Assembly: GCA_963664435.2 (NCBI GenBank)
Contig: CAXXKM010000003.1
Location: forward strand, 1,600,001 to 1,664,000
Length of the DNA: 64,000 nt
Reading direction: 5' to 3'
From: Longimicrobiales bacterium
GTDB lineage: Bacteria > Gemmatimonadota > Gemmatimonadetes > Longimicrobiales > Gaopeijiaceae
Notes under the pieces: model-generated
The model's input: only the letters and a program-made list of their open reading frames with translations
Database searches by the model: none
What the model was told of the DNA's origin: nothing
Shown: positions 19,019-28,569 of the stretch, piece by piece
Layout of the letters: the number at the start of each line of letters is the position of its first letter
Position numbering within the stretch: position 1 is the first letter of the stretch
Position numbers and translations under genes: made by a program

Positions 19019-19732
19019 CTATTCTCCGGGATACGGCAGCTCGACGGGAAGATCCACGGCCGTCAGGTAGAGGGACCGAAGCGTGCTTCGATCCCGCGCG
19101 GTGGGCGCCGGAGGAAGGTCCGGGCCCGCCCACATGATGTCGGACGGATCCGGCGAATGGCTGAGTATGCCCAGCACGTGTCCCATCTCGTGGATCACCA
19201 GCCGCTCGAGCAACTCCTGGTCGTCGGTTCGGCGGATGACCACGCGGTAGATGACCTGCGAGGGTTCGCCGTCGCGGCGAGGCCAGGTGCGCAGCGCGTC
19301 GCGGGGGTCGTTCAGGCACCCGAGAGTGGAGGCGGCACCCGTCACCGGCCCCACGCACGTCATGGGGGTCGAGAGCACGCCCGCCGCATCGTGCCAGCGC
19401 AGCACCGCGCGCGCCTCGCCCAGGTCGGTGGTCTCCCGCAACCGCACTTCGCCGAACACCGCGGCCGACCGCCAGGCCCGCGCGGCCCGCCGGAAGGCCT
19501 GCCGCAGGTCGCCGGCGCCCGACTGTTCGTGCACCACGTACACCGGCACCACGGCGCCCCGGTCCCAGTGAAAGGTTCGCGGGCGCGCGCGGCCGTCGGT
19601 GCCGTAGACGGCCAGGCGGAAGTCGTAGGGGCCCGGAAGGGCCGGGATGATGGCGCTGTCGCAGGCGGTGGCGAACGCCGCGCCGACCAATGCCATCCGC
19701 AACGTCGATCCGGTTCCCCGCCGCGGGTTCAT
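19019..19732 (-). CDS. Matrixin-family (M10-like) zinc metalloprotease lipoprotein
   Basis: HEMGHVLGILSH zinc motif plus Met-turn SDIM; lipobox ATAC. Confidence 0.85.
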   Translation of the reverse strand: MNPRRGTGSTLRMALVGAAFATACDSAIIPALPGPYDFRLAVYGTDGRARPRTFHWDRGAVVPVYVVHEQSGAGDLRQAFRRAARAWRSAAVFGEVRLRETTDLGEARAVLRWHDAAGVLSTPMTCVGPVTGAASTLGCLNDPRDALRTWPRRDGEPSQVIYRVVIRRTDDQELLERLVIHEMGHVLGILSHSPDPSDIMWAGPDLPPAPTARDRSTLRSLYLTAVDLPVELPYPGE

Positions 19733-20391
19733 GGCGTCCCCCACGCCGGCACGGCCAGGTAGGCGAGGAATCGAGTTACCGCGCCCGCCGCCGCGCCCGC
19801 TTCGGCCAGCGGAGCAGCATCGAACTCGTGCCACTGCGCCTCGGCCACCCCGAACGCGGGGAAGGGGCCGGGAAGGCGAACCCCGAATCCGCCGGACAGC
19901 AGCACGCCCGTCTGTCCGCTCCCCTCCAGCAGATTCACGTCGTTGCTCAGGTACAGCACCTTGCCCGCGCCTGCACGCACGTCCACGCCCGGTAGCGGCG
20001 ACAGCGGAAACCGAAGCCCGCCGACGATGTGGACCGCGGTCATCCGGCCTGCGGGCCAGGCGTTCCCCCCACCCTCCCCGGCCACGTCGGCAATGCTCAC
20101 GGCGGAACGGATTTCGAGCACGAGCGACGGGCGTGGCCGGCCCACCAGGGCCAGCTCCACGACCGGCGCGGGCCGCGGGCCCACCTCCAGGTCGCGCGCC
20201 ACCGCCTCGAGTTCGGCCGGCACCACGGCCCTGCCCCGGGCGAACGGGGTCGAATACACCCCGCCCCCTCGCACCTCCACGGCAAGCGGAATCTGCGCCG
20301 CGGCCTGCGCCGGCGGCGCCATCAGCACCAGATGAAGAAGCCCGGCATGCACGGGCCCGCGAGCCAGGGCCTTCAAGCGCGCTCCCTTCAC
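19729..20391 (-). CDS. Hypothetical exported protein, possible small outer-membrane beta-barrel
   Basis: Signal peptide ending AAAQ; alternating beta-strand pattern; 4-bp overlaps with both neighbours. Confidence 0.6.
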   Translation of the reverse strand: MKGARLKALARGPVHAGLLHLVLMAPPAQAAAQIPLAVEVRGGGVYSTPFARGRAVVPAELEAVARDLEVGPRPAPVVELALVGRPRPSLVLEIRSAVSIADVAGEGGGNAWPAGRMTAVHIVGGLRFPLSPLPGVDVRAGAGKVLYLSNDVNLLEGSGQTGVLLSGGFGVRLPGPFPAFGVAEAQWHEFDAAPLAEAGAAAGAVTRFLAYLAVPAWGTP

Positions 20392-21257
20392 GTGCGCCAG
20401 GAACGCAGGAGCGCCAGGTTGCGCCGGTCGTTCGAAACCACGTCGTCGCCCTTGGGCGTCTCCAGCAGCTTGGGCACGTCCTGGAAACGAGCGTCCCTCA
20501 TGATGCGGCGGAAGGGGGCCTCGCCCAGCGTTCCCCGGCCGATCATCTCGTGCTGGTCGCGGCGGGACGCAAAGGGGTGCTTCGAGTCGTTCAGATGGAA
20601 GAGCTCCAACAACTCCAGGCCCAGTTCGCCGTCGAAGGCCCGCCAGACGCCCTCGTAGTCACCGACCAGATCGTACCCGGCGGAAAACGCGTGACAGGTG
20701 TCGACGCATACGCCCACGCGCTGGTCGAGCGGCGCGCCCACGCCCTCCCGGATGGCGGCGAGGTGCTCGAACCGTCCTCCGACCGACGTGCCCGCCCCCG
20801 CGGTCAGCTCCAGCAGCACGGGCGGTCCGTCCGGACACCCGTCCAGCGCCTCCGCCAGAGCCGCGGCATTGCGGGCGATGCCGCTCGTGATGTCGCCGTC
20901 GGTGGCGTTCCCCGGATGCGTGACGAGAAAGTCCAGACCCAGCTCACGCCCGCGCCCCAACTCCGCCCGGAAGCTGTCCAGGGACCGGCGCCAGAGGCCC
21001 GGATCGGGGGACGCCAGGTTGATGAGATAGGAATCGTGGGCGACGGCACACCGAATGCCGGCGTCGGCGCGGGCCCGCCTGAAGGCGCGAATCCGCTCGC
21101 CGGGGAGCGCGGGCTCGGCCCAGCGGTTCGGTTGCTTGGTGAAGAGCTGCAGGTTGAGCGCGGTGATGTCCCGCGCACGTCCAGGCGCGTGCTCGACGCC
21201 TCCGGCTACCGAGACGTGGGCGCCGAGTTCGTCGGCGATGACGGCGGGAGATGCCAC
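20388..21257 (-). CDS. nfo: Endonuclease IV (start approximate)
   Basis: LGAHVSVAGG, HDSYLINL, HPG, LELTAG, DTCHAF, HLNDSK, DQH, LETP. Confidence 0.95.
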   Translation of the reverse strand: MASPAVIADELGAHVSVAGGVEHAPGRARDITALNLQLFTKQPNRWAEPALPGERIRAFRRARADAGIRCAVAHDSYLINLASPDPGLWRRSLDSFRAELGRGRELGLDFLVTHPGNATDGDITSGIARNAAALAEALDGCPDGPPVLLELTAGAGTSVGGRFEHLAAIREGVGAPLDQRVGVCVDTCHAFSAGYDLVGDYEGVWRAFDGELGLELLELFHLNDSKHPFASRRDQHEMIGRGTLGEAPFRRIMRDARFQDVPKLLETPKGDDVVSNDRRNLALLRSWRT

Positions 21258-21282
21258 CGCCGCTGGCTGCCCGGACCCGGCG

Positions 21283-21588
21283 TTACCAGCTGGACTTGCG
21301 GACCCCGGGAATCTTCCCCTCCAGGGACCACTCGCGGAATGCGATGCGGGAGAGCCCGAACTTCTGGATATGGCCGCGCGGACGCCCCGTGGTGCCGCAG
21401 CGGTTGCGATACCGGGTCGCGCTGGAATCGCGCGGCAGCTTCCGCAGCGCCCACTGGGCCTCGCGCTTCTCCTCCGTTGACTTGTCGGGGTCGGCAATGA
21501 TCTGCCGAAGCTCGCGACGGCGCTCCGCGTAGCGCTCGATCAGCTTTGCGCGCTTCAGGTTCTGTTCGATCTTTCCTCTTTTTGCCAC
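21283..21588 (-). CDS. rpsN: 30S ribosomal protein S14, long zinc-independent form
   Basis: [44 protein letters not shown]; 101 aa, single Cys. Confidence 0.97.
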   Translation of the reverse strand: MAKRGKIEQNLKRAKLIERYAERRRELRQIIADPDKSTEEKREAQWALRKLPRDSSATRYRNRCGTTGRPRGHIQKFGLSRIAFREWSLEGKIPGVRKSSW

Positions 21589-21666
21589 CTTGCCGCCTTC
21601 CTTGAGTCGCCTCTCCTTCGCGCGAGAGTTGAGAAAGCTACACCCTCTTGGGGTCGTTCTCCAGTG

Positions 21667-22038
21667 CTAGTGGGCGGGCGAGCCCCGGGAACCCGTGAGC
21701 ATCGGCCCCAGCGGGCGCCCCCCGATCAGGTGCATGTGGAGGTGGTAGACCTCCTGGCACCCGTCCTCGCCGCAGTTCACGATCAACCGGTAGCCGGTTT
21801 CCGCGATACCCTGCTCCCGGGCGATGCGCGCCGCGACCGCGAACATGCGGCCCAGCACCGGCTCGTCGTCGCCGGTGACGTCGCGCGCGCTGGCGATGAT
21901 GCTGTTGGGCACCACCAGCACGTGCGTGGGCGCGGCTGGCGCGACATCGCGAAATGCCGTCACCAGGTCGTCCTGGTAGACGATGTCGGCCGGAATCTCC
22001 CGTCGGACGATCCGGGAGAAGATGGTGTCTCCTGCCAT
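21667..22038 (-). CDS. hinT: Histidine triad nucleotide-binding protein
   Basis: [27 protein letters not shown]. Confidence 0.93.
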   Translation of the reverse strand: MAGDTIFSRIVRREIPADIVYQDDLVTAFRDVAPAAPTHVLVVPNSIIASARDVTGDDEPVLGRMFAVAARIAREQGIAETGYRLIVNCGEDGCQEVYHLHMHLIGGRPLGPMLTGSRGSPAH

Positions 22039-22048
22039 CGCCGGCCGG

Positions 22049-22333
22049 CTACTTCGCGTCCGACTCGCCGGCGCCGGACTTCTTGCGCATCTGACGCGCA
22101 TAGCGCTGCTGGAAGCGCTCGACGCGGCCCGCCGTGTCCACCATGCGCTGGGTGCCCGTGTAGAACGGGTGCGACGAACTCGAGATCTCCAGGCTGACCA
22201 GGGGATACTCGTTGCCGTCTTCCCACTTGATGGTCTTGTCGCTCTTGACGGTCGATCGGGTCAGGAACGCGTAACCGTTGGATGCGTCCTGAAACACCAC
22301 CGGGTGATACTCCGGGTGAATTCCTTCTTTCAT
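22049..22333 (-). CDS. rpmE2: 50S ribosomal protein L31 type B (zinc-independent)
   Basis: [34 protein letters not shown]; no Cys. Confidence 0.96.
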   Translation of the reverse strand: MKEGIHPEYHPVVFQDASNGYAFLTRSTVKSDKTIKWEDGNEYPLVSLEISSSSHPFYTGTQRMVDTAGRVERFQQRYARQMRKKSGAGESDAK

Positions 22334-22404
22334 TCCGTGGGCTCCGAAGACTCTGGTCCGGGTGCGGCCACCGCCATTCCCGGGCGAAGGGCCGACAGCC
22401 GAGA

Positions 22405-22434
22405 AGTTTACCGAAACAGGGGACGACCGGTCAA
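22405..22434 (-). promoter_or_regulatory. Sigma70-type promoter for rpmE2
   Basis: TTGACC-N18-TAAACT. Confidence 0.5.
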
Positions 22435-22985
22435 CGCCCGGGACCCTGTCCCACCGGCGGCGTCAGCCTGAAGCCGCCCAGGACTTCATCATCGGGGGGG
22501 AGCTCGTCGGGACCGGCGGGATAGCCGTTCAACTCCAGGATGTACGCCATGACGTCCACGTAGGTCTGGCGCGGCAGCCCTCCGGGGTTGTCGTCGGGCA
22601 TCGTGCGGCGCAGCTCCCGGTACAGATCGCGGGCGGTGCGGCGCGCCCAGACGTCCGTGAATACCGGGCCCTTGAACTCGCTCGTATAGTGGCAATCCGA
22701 GCACACCTGGCGAAACGCGCGCTGGCCGCGGCGCGCCTGCGGCTCCGTGTAGAAGGCGGCCGGAGCCGGAGCTGCGTCGCGGGACGCCGCCCCTTCCGGC
22801 ACTGCCGCGTCGTTGGCAGCAGTCTGCGTCGCCGGTACGCCTTGCGCGGCCGGAGGTGCGTCGCCCGGGGCCGGCGTCCCGGCCGTCGCGGACCCGGGAA
22901 CCGGAGGCGAGGGCGGCGTTGCCGCCGGTGCTGCACACCCCACGATCAGCCATGCGACGGCGGCGAACGACATGCGTGATGACAT
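22431..22985 (-). CDS. Monoheme cytochrome c lipoprotein
   Basis: Lipobox IVGC, Pro/Ala linker, YTEPQARRG...CSDCH, distal TMP motif, [11 protein letters not shown]. Confidence 0.88.
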   Translation of the reverse strand: MSSRMSFAAVAWLIVGCAAPAATPPSPPVPGSATAGTPAPGDAPPAAQGVPATQTAANDAAVPEGAASRDAAPAPAAFYTEPQARRGQRAFRQVCSDCHYTSEFKGPVFTDVWARRTARDLYRELRRTMPDDNPGGLPRQTYVDVMAYILELNGYPAGPDELPPDDEVLGGFRLTPPVGQGPGR

Positions 22986-22993
22986 CGGCGGCA

Positions 22994-24736
22994 CTACTCC
23001 TCCGTAACCTCGAAGACGAACATCATTCCCGCGTGCAGGTGCTCCGCGATGTGACAATGAAGCATCCACGATCCCGGATTGGACATCTCCACCAGCAGAT
23101 CCATGGTGGAGCCGACCGGAAGGATGGTGGTGTCCTTCCACACCAGGTTGGTGTTGGGGATGCCGTCGCGCTCGGTCACCAGGAAGCGCTGCCCGTGAAT
23201 GTGGATGGGATGGTTCATGGGATGAAACGACTCGGGGTCGTTGAACACCCGGATCTTCACTACGTCGCCCACGCGAAAGCGCCAGTCGATGTCCCCGTTC
23301 TCCCGCCCGCTGGCCGGTTCCCGCAGGATCCAGGTCACCTGGGTGCCGGTCGAGAGCCAGTTCATCATCGGCATGCCGTCGTTCCACTCGACCGGCGGCA
23401 CGTAGAAGGTGTCCGCCTCCATCGACGCCACGATCGGCACCGGAAGATCCCGTACCCGGACCGTGGTCACCAGCTCAAGGTCCACCGGCTTGCCCAGCAG
23501 GGCGCGGAAGGGCTCGATGTCCTCGATCACGTCGCGGTTCTCGCGCAGTTCATCGAAGGCCTGCGCGACCTCATCGTCGATTTCGGGACCGTTCACGCTC
23601 ACGACCGCGAGCGTGTCCTCGTGCGGGTAGAAGGTGCCGCGGAAATGGTTCACGGCCTGGATCGTGTTGGTGATGCCGACCTCGCCGGCCTCCGGGAAGC
23701 GCACGTCCACCACATAGCGTTCGGCGGGCGCGATGACCACGCTCTCCACCCAGGTCTCACGCTCGAACTTGCCCACGTCGGACGCGATCAGCTTCACGCG
23801 CGCGCTCCCGAAGCGGACGTTGAAGGTGCGGGTGTTGGCGACGTTGGTCAGGTAGAAGCGGACCACCTCGCCGGTGCGCGCCTCGATGCGGTGGTCGTCG
23901 ACCCCGTTGGTCAGCATCACGGTGCCGAAGCGTCCCATGAGCGCGTGCGTCGGCGCTTCCTCGCCCCAGGGGATGAGGCCCTGGTCGTCGATGAGGATGT
24001 CGTCGAGCAGGAGCAGCTCTTCGCGGTGGGAGGGGCCGTAGTAGTCCGGGTTCGGCGGCACGACCAGCAGGTTCCCGTAGAGACCCAGGTCCTGCTGGAC
24101 ATCCTCGCGCATGTGCGGATGGTACCAGAACATGCCGGCGTCGGGAACGTCGATCTCGTAGGTGAAGGTCTCGCCTTCGGCGATGGGGTCCTGGGTGAGC
24201 CCGGCGACGCCGTCGAAGCGGTTCTCCAGCCGTATCCCGTGCCAGTGGACCGTCGTGGGCAGCTGAATGCGGTTGGTCACACGCACCATGATGCGCGAGC
24301 CCCGGTCCGCCTGGATGAGAGGACCCGGATACTGGCCGTCATATCCGAGCATGGCGTAGTCGCGCCCGCCGATCGTGCGCCGGACCACGGACACGTCCAT
24401 GTCGAGGGTGTCCCCATCGGCCACCACGACCCGCCGGCCGGGTTCGGCCGCCGGAAACATCGCCGGATCCATGCCGTCGCCGATCAGGAAGGGACGCACG
24501 GGCGGGAGCGCGTTCTCGAGCCCCGGGACCATCGGCATGCTCATGGACATCGGCGGCATGCGCCATCCAGCGGCCTCGCCGTGATCGCCATGGCCCATCA
24601 TCCGGTGTTCCTGGGCCGCGAGGGCACCCGGCAGGGCGGCGACCACGCCCGGCAGAGCGGTCCCGAAGCCCGGAAGGGCAGCGACGAGAAGGATTCGCAG
24701 TCCGTGGAGAGGGCGCACCGGCGTCGGCTGTCTCAA
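22994..24736 (-). CDS. Three-domain multicopper oxidase MCO1 (start TTG 24736 or GTG 24718)
   Basis: HWHG, WYHPH, HPIHIHG, HCHIAEHLHAGM; signal peptide and His/Met-rich N-terminus. Confidence 0.95.
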   Translation of the reverse strand: MRQPTPVRPLHGLRILLVAALPGFGTALPGVVAALPGALAAQEHRMMGHGDHGEAAGWRMPPMSMSMPMVPGLENALPPVRPFLIGDGMDPAMFPAAEPGRRVVVADGDTLDMDVSVVRRTIGGRDYAMLGYDGQYPGPLIQADRGSRIMVRVTNRIQLPTTVHWHGIRLENRFDGVAGLTQDPIAEGETFTYEIDVPDAGMFWYHPHMREDVQQDLGLYGNLLVVPPNPDYYGPSHREELLLLDDILIDDQGLIPWGEEAPTHALMGRFGTVMLTNGVDDHRIEARTGEVVRFYLTNVANTRTFNVRFGSARVKLIASDVGKFERETWVESVVIAPAERYVVDVRFPEAGEVGITNTIQAVNHFRGTFYPHEDTLAVVSVNGPEIDDEVAQAFDELRENRDVIEDIEPFRALLGKPVDLELVTTVRVRDLPVPIVASMEADTFYVPPVEWNDGMPMMNWLSTGTQVTWILREPASGRENGDIDWRFRVGDVVKIRVFNDPESFHPMNHPIHIHGQRFLVTERDGIPNTNLVWKDTTILPVGSTMDLLVEMSNPGSWMLHCHIAEHLHAGMMFVFEVTEE

Positions 24737-25341
24737 TCGTAGCCGTAGGCGGCGCAGTTCTCCTGTTCGAAGGCGCCGTGCCCCGCCATGGTGTGCATCT
24801 GCCCGCTGCGGGACATGCCGCGCAACGCGACGGGGCCCGTCCACATGGCCGCCTCGGGATCGTCCGCGGGTTCGAGCGTGACCACGAGCAGGAACTTGTT
24901 CCAGCGGGCCCGGCCACGAAGCGGCCCGCCGTCCGCAAGCGGACCGATGCGCTCGACCTGGTCCAGGTCCGGCGTCGTCAGCCATCCCACATAGACGCCT
25001 TCGCGGGGCGCCATCAGGCGCTCCACCGAGAGCCACACGTCGAGAAGGTAGCTGCCGTCCTCCGCCAGGGTGACTCCGAACGGCGAGTCCGCGAAGGTCA
25101 CTTCGCCCAGGCCCGCCGCGAGCCCGGTGCCCGGGAGCCTGCGGGTGCTCACTACGGGGAAGGCGTAGTAGGCGGGCGCCTCGACCGGGGCGGCGGATGC
25201 GGGCAGTGGCGCGTGGACCGCGTTGCCCGGCCCGAAGGCCTCCGGCAACGCGCATGTCCCCGGAGGAATCCCCGGTGAGGGATCCCCGCTGCCCGGGGCC
25301 AGGCCTGCCAGCAGCGCGAGGGTCAGCATCTCGCCCGTCAT
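24733..25341 (-). CDS. Exported hypothetical protein homologous to the N-terminal domain of MCO2
   Basis: Shares PFGVT, YVxWxTTPxLD, R(I/L)GP, NKFL and RGxSxSxxM motifs with 28570-29200. Confidence 0.8.
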   Translation of the reverse strand: MTGEMLTLALLAGLAPGSGDPSPGIPPGTCALPEAFGPGNAVHAPLPASAAPVEAPAYYAFPVVSTRRLPGTGLAAGLGEVTFADSPFGVTLAEDGSYLLDVWLSVERLMAPREGVYVGWLTTPDLDQVERIGPLADGGPLRGRARWNKFLLVVTLEPADDPEAAMWTGPVALRGMSRSGQMHTMAGHGAFEQENCAAYGYD

Positions 25342-25345
25342 CGGA

Positions 25346-26710
25346 TCACGGCTCCTGACTTACCGGGCGCGGACGGACCTCGTCCCACTTCTGGACGCTG
25401 GAGATGTCCGGCATGCCCCAGTCCTCGCCGTTCCAGCCGTTGAACCCCTCCATGCGGAAGGTCCAGAAACCGGTGCTCATGTCGCTCACGACGATGAGCC
25501 CGTCCTCGTTGCGCACGTCCACCCCGAACGCCCCGTTGAACACCGGATTGCGGAAGTCGCGGTCGTTCGGCGAGCCGACGTACGTGTCGTAGTAGCCCAC
25601 GGTGACCGGGTTGGTTGGATCCATGAGGCTGAAGATCTGGAGCCCGTCGAGATACCCGGAGACGAAGACGTAGGGCCAGCGCACCTCGTGGTTGTGCACC
25701 AGGTTCTGCCAGTCCGCGGTCCAGGCCGAGATGGGCCGGCTGATGTTCGTCTGCGTGCCCTCGAGCGCGGGCTGGAGGTCGAAGATGCGCAGGGGCGCGT
25801 ACTGGTACTCGGTCTCGGCGATCACGTAACGCCCGTCCGGGCTGGGCGTGAAGGTGTGGCCCGAGCGGACGCCGCTGATGCCCGTCATCGTGACCACGAG
25901 CTCCGGGTTGTCCAGGTCGCTGATGTTGTAGACGTAGTAGCCGCCGGTGCCGCCGCCGTAGAAGCGGTCCTGCCCGGTGTCGGGATGATACGCGGCGTAG
26001 AAGTCGTGATAGCCGCGCCCGCTGCCCTGCCCGAGCGGGGACTCGGGAACCGGAATCCGTCCCGCCAGGGCATCCGAGGGATCGCCGTCGACGGCCTTCG
26101 CCATGTCGTAGGCGTGGGCGAACGGGCCGCGCACCGTGCTCAGGAGCAGCACGCGGCCGTCGGAATGCTTGTAGATGAAGATGTTGTGGAAGCCCCCCGG
26201 CAACTCGGGCTCCCGGATGCGCGCCACCTCGCGCACGGTGGTGGGATCGGGAAGCCCGGTGACATCCAGGATGACCGCGCCCAGGTCGGGGTTTGGGCCG
26301 CCCTGGCCGAACTGGAGGGACTGCACCACGTAGTAGCGCCCGTCGAGCTTGAAGTACTTGACGTCCATTCCGCCGGTGCGCTGGTGCAGGTCCTGGTTCT
26401 CGATGCGCCAGCGGTAGATCACCTCCGGCTTCTCGGGATCCTCCAGGTTGATGATGTCGGTGCCCTTGGGACCGACCTCGCCGTAGACCATGCGCGCGAC
26501 GTACGCGTAGGGACGGTGCATTTCCTGCTCGAGCTCGATGTCGGCGATGCTGAGCTGCGGGCCGAGGGGAACGTGGCCGAGCACGTCCATGTTGTCGCTG
26601 CCCGGTTTCATCGGCGTCCACTGGCCGGCTGCGGGCGCGACCGCCAGGGCGAGCGCCAGAGCGGCGGCACCGGTCTTCAGGATGGTCGAATGGACGACGC
26701 TGGCTCGCAT
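25346..26710 (-). CDS. Secreted LVIVD-repeat beta-propeller with His motifs
   Basis: Signal peptide ending AAGQ; repeats VILDVTGLPDP, VYNISDLDNP, IFSLMDPTNPVTVGYYDT; His motifs FHN, YHD, GHT, VHNH. Confidence 0.82.
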   Translation of the reverse strand: MRASVVHSTILKTGAAALALALAVAPAAGQWTPMKPGSDNMDVLGHVPLGPQLSIADIELEQEMHRPYAYVARMVYGEVGPKGTDIINLEDPEKPEVIYRWRIENQDLHQRTGGMDVKYFKLDGRYYVVQSLQFGQGGPNPDLGAVILDVTGLPDPTTVREVARIREPELPGGFHNIFIYKHSDGRVLLLSTVRGPFAHAYDMAKAVDGDPSDALAGRIPVPESPLGQGSGRGYHDFYAAYHPDTGQDRFYGGGTGGYYVYNISDLDNPELVVTMTGISGVRSGHTFTPSPDGRYVIAETEYQYAPLRIFDLQPALEGTQTNISRPISAWTADWQNLVHNHEVRWPYVFVSGYLDGLQIFSLMDPTNPVTVGYYDTYVGSPNDRDFRNPVFNGAFGVDVRNEDGLIVVSDMSTGFWTFRMEGFNGWNGEDWGMPDISSVQKWDEVRPRPVSQEP

Positions 26711-26868
26711 GGCGAACTCCTTCGGCAAGATGGAACAGGTCTCTCCGGGCCGCGCGGTGCCCGACCGGTCATTGTAACGTGATTCGGACCTCGCGCGCAC
26801 GGGCTGGTGACATATGCCCTCGCCCGCGGCGTGAAGGCGGTGGCCCGGGGCTCGGGTTCGCAACCGAT

Positions 26869-28449
26869 TCACGCCGGCAGGAGGCCCGGCCGGCCGGCTT
26901 CGACCACGAAGGAAGCGCGCGTCTCGACCGGGGCCCCGGGCTCGGTGACGTAGGGGACGATCCGGTAGTCCGCGACCATGCGATCCGGGGTCGCGGCGCA
27001 GCGAACGTAGCCCCGCTGGGCATTGAAGAAGTGGATGTGCGGGTTGCGGGCAAGCGTGTCGCCGGTCCCGGGACGCGTGTCCTGCCCGTCTCCGCCGGAG
27101 CTGATGGACGTGCCTACCAGCTCGGCACCCACGATGCCGGACGACGGGTTGCGCGGGTCCGCCTTAAGGTCCGCCGCCCAGTTGCTGTGGATGTCGCCGG
27201 TGAGGACCACCGGGTTCGCCGGCCGGGTCCGGTCCAGGAAGGAGAGCAGCCGGTCCTGCGCTTCCGGGTAGCCGTCCCAGCGGTCCATCGACACGGTGGG
27301 TTCACCGTCCCGGGAGCCCTCCAGCCGGGCGATCATGACCTGGTTGGCGAGCACGTTCCAGCGGCTCTCCGACTCCGCCAGGCCGCCGAACAGCCAATCC
27401 TCCTGCTCCGTCCCCAGCATGGTGCGGCCGGGCTGGAGCGCCTCCGGGCACAGCGGCCCATTGGTGTCGCCGCACGCCTGGTCGGAGCGGTACTGGCGGC
27501 TGTCCAGCACGTGGAGGTCGGCCAGGCCGCCGAAGCGCAGCCGCCGGTAGACCTGGATGTCCGGCCCGCTGGGCATCGATGAACGCCGCACGGGCATGAA
27601 CTCGTAGAAGGCCTGGAAGGCGGCCGTGCGGCGCAGCCGGAGTTGCGCGGGCGACTGGTCGTCCTCGGCCACGTCGGACGCCCAGTTGTTGTCCACCTCG
27701 TGGTCGTCGAAAGTAGTCACCCACGGGAACGCCGCGTGGGCGGCCTGCAGGTCGGGGTCGGACCTGTAGAGGAGATAGCGGGCGCGGTAGTCGTCGAGCG
27801 TGAGCACTTCGCCCGCTTCGTGGGCGCGCACCAGGTTGTCGCCGTATCCCACCTCGTAGATGTAGTCGCCGAGGTGGAAGACCAGATCCAGTTCCTCGTC
27901 GGCCATGTGGCGGTAGGCCGTGTAATAGCCGTGCTCGTAGTTCTGACACGATGCGAAGGCGAAGCGCAGCCGGTCGGCGGGCGTGCCGGGCGCGGGCAGG
28001 GTGCGGGTGCGGCCGACCGGGCTCTGGTCGCCTCCCGTCATGAAGCGATACCAGTACGGCCGGTCAGGCTCGAGTCCCTCCACCTCCACGTGGACCGAGT
28101 GGCCCAGTTCGGGGACCGCCAGCTGGGTGCCCTGGCGAACCACGCGCGAGAAGCTCTCGTCGGCCGCCACCTCCCAGCGCACCGCAACCGGTTCGGCCGC
28201 CAGACCCGCGTCGCGCATCCCTTCCGCCGACAGGCGCGTCCACAGTACCACCCCCCCGGCGTCCGGATCGCCGGACGCGACCCCCGACGGGAAGGGAGAG
28301 ACGGCCAGGCGTGCCGTGCGGTCGCCCCGGCAGGCGCCCAGCGAGCCCAGCGCGACGATGCCGGCCACATCGCGGCCGATCCTCACGAAGTCGCGCCGCG
28401 ACATGCGGGCGGCGGTCAGGTCGTACCAGTGCGCTTCCCCAATCTTCAC
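26869..28449 (-). CDS. phoD: Alkaline phosphatase D family, Tat lipoprotein (alternative start ATG 28404)
   Basis: SRRDF Tat motif, LGAC, GVASGDP, GDYIYE, DDHEV, WDGY, TGDIH. Confidence 0.95.
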   Translation of the reverse strand: MKIGEAHWYDLTAARMSRRDFVRIGRDVAGIVALGSLGACRGDRTARLAVSPFPSGVASGDPDAGGVVLWTRLSAEGMRDAGLAAEPVAVRWEVAADESFSRVVRQGTQLAVPELGHSVHVEVEGLEPDRPYWYRFMTGGDQSPVGRTRTLPAPGTPADRLRFAFASCQNYEHGYYTAYRHMADEELDLVFHLGDYIYEVGYGDNLVRAHEAGEVLTLDDYRARYLLYRSDPDLQAAHAAFPWVTTFDDHEVDNNWASDVAEDDQSPAQLRLRRTAAFQAFYEFMPVRRSSMPSGPDIQVYRRLRFGGLADLHVLDSRQYRSDQACGDTNGPLCPEALQPGRTMLGTEQEDWLFGGLAESESRWNVLANQVMIARLEGSRDGEPTVSMDRWDGYPEAQDRLLSFLDRTRPANPVVLTGDIHSNWAADLKADPRNPSSGIVGAELVGTSISSGGDGQDTRPGTGDTLARNPHIHFFNAQRGYVRCAATPDRMVADYRIVPYVTEPGAPVETRASFVVEAGRPGLLPA

Positions 28450-28569
28450 GGCCGTCTCCCGGGGCGTGGGTCGTCATCCGTTCGCGTGCGCGGCGGGCGC
28501 CCATATTATGGAACATTCGCCCGGGAACCCAAACCGGAACTACGAGTGCACCTGGAGGCGCGGGACAAG

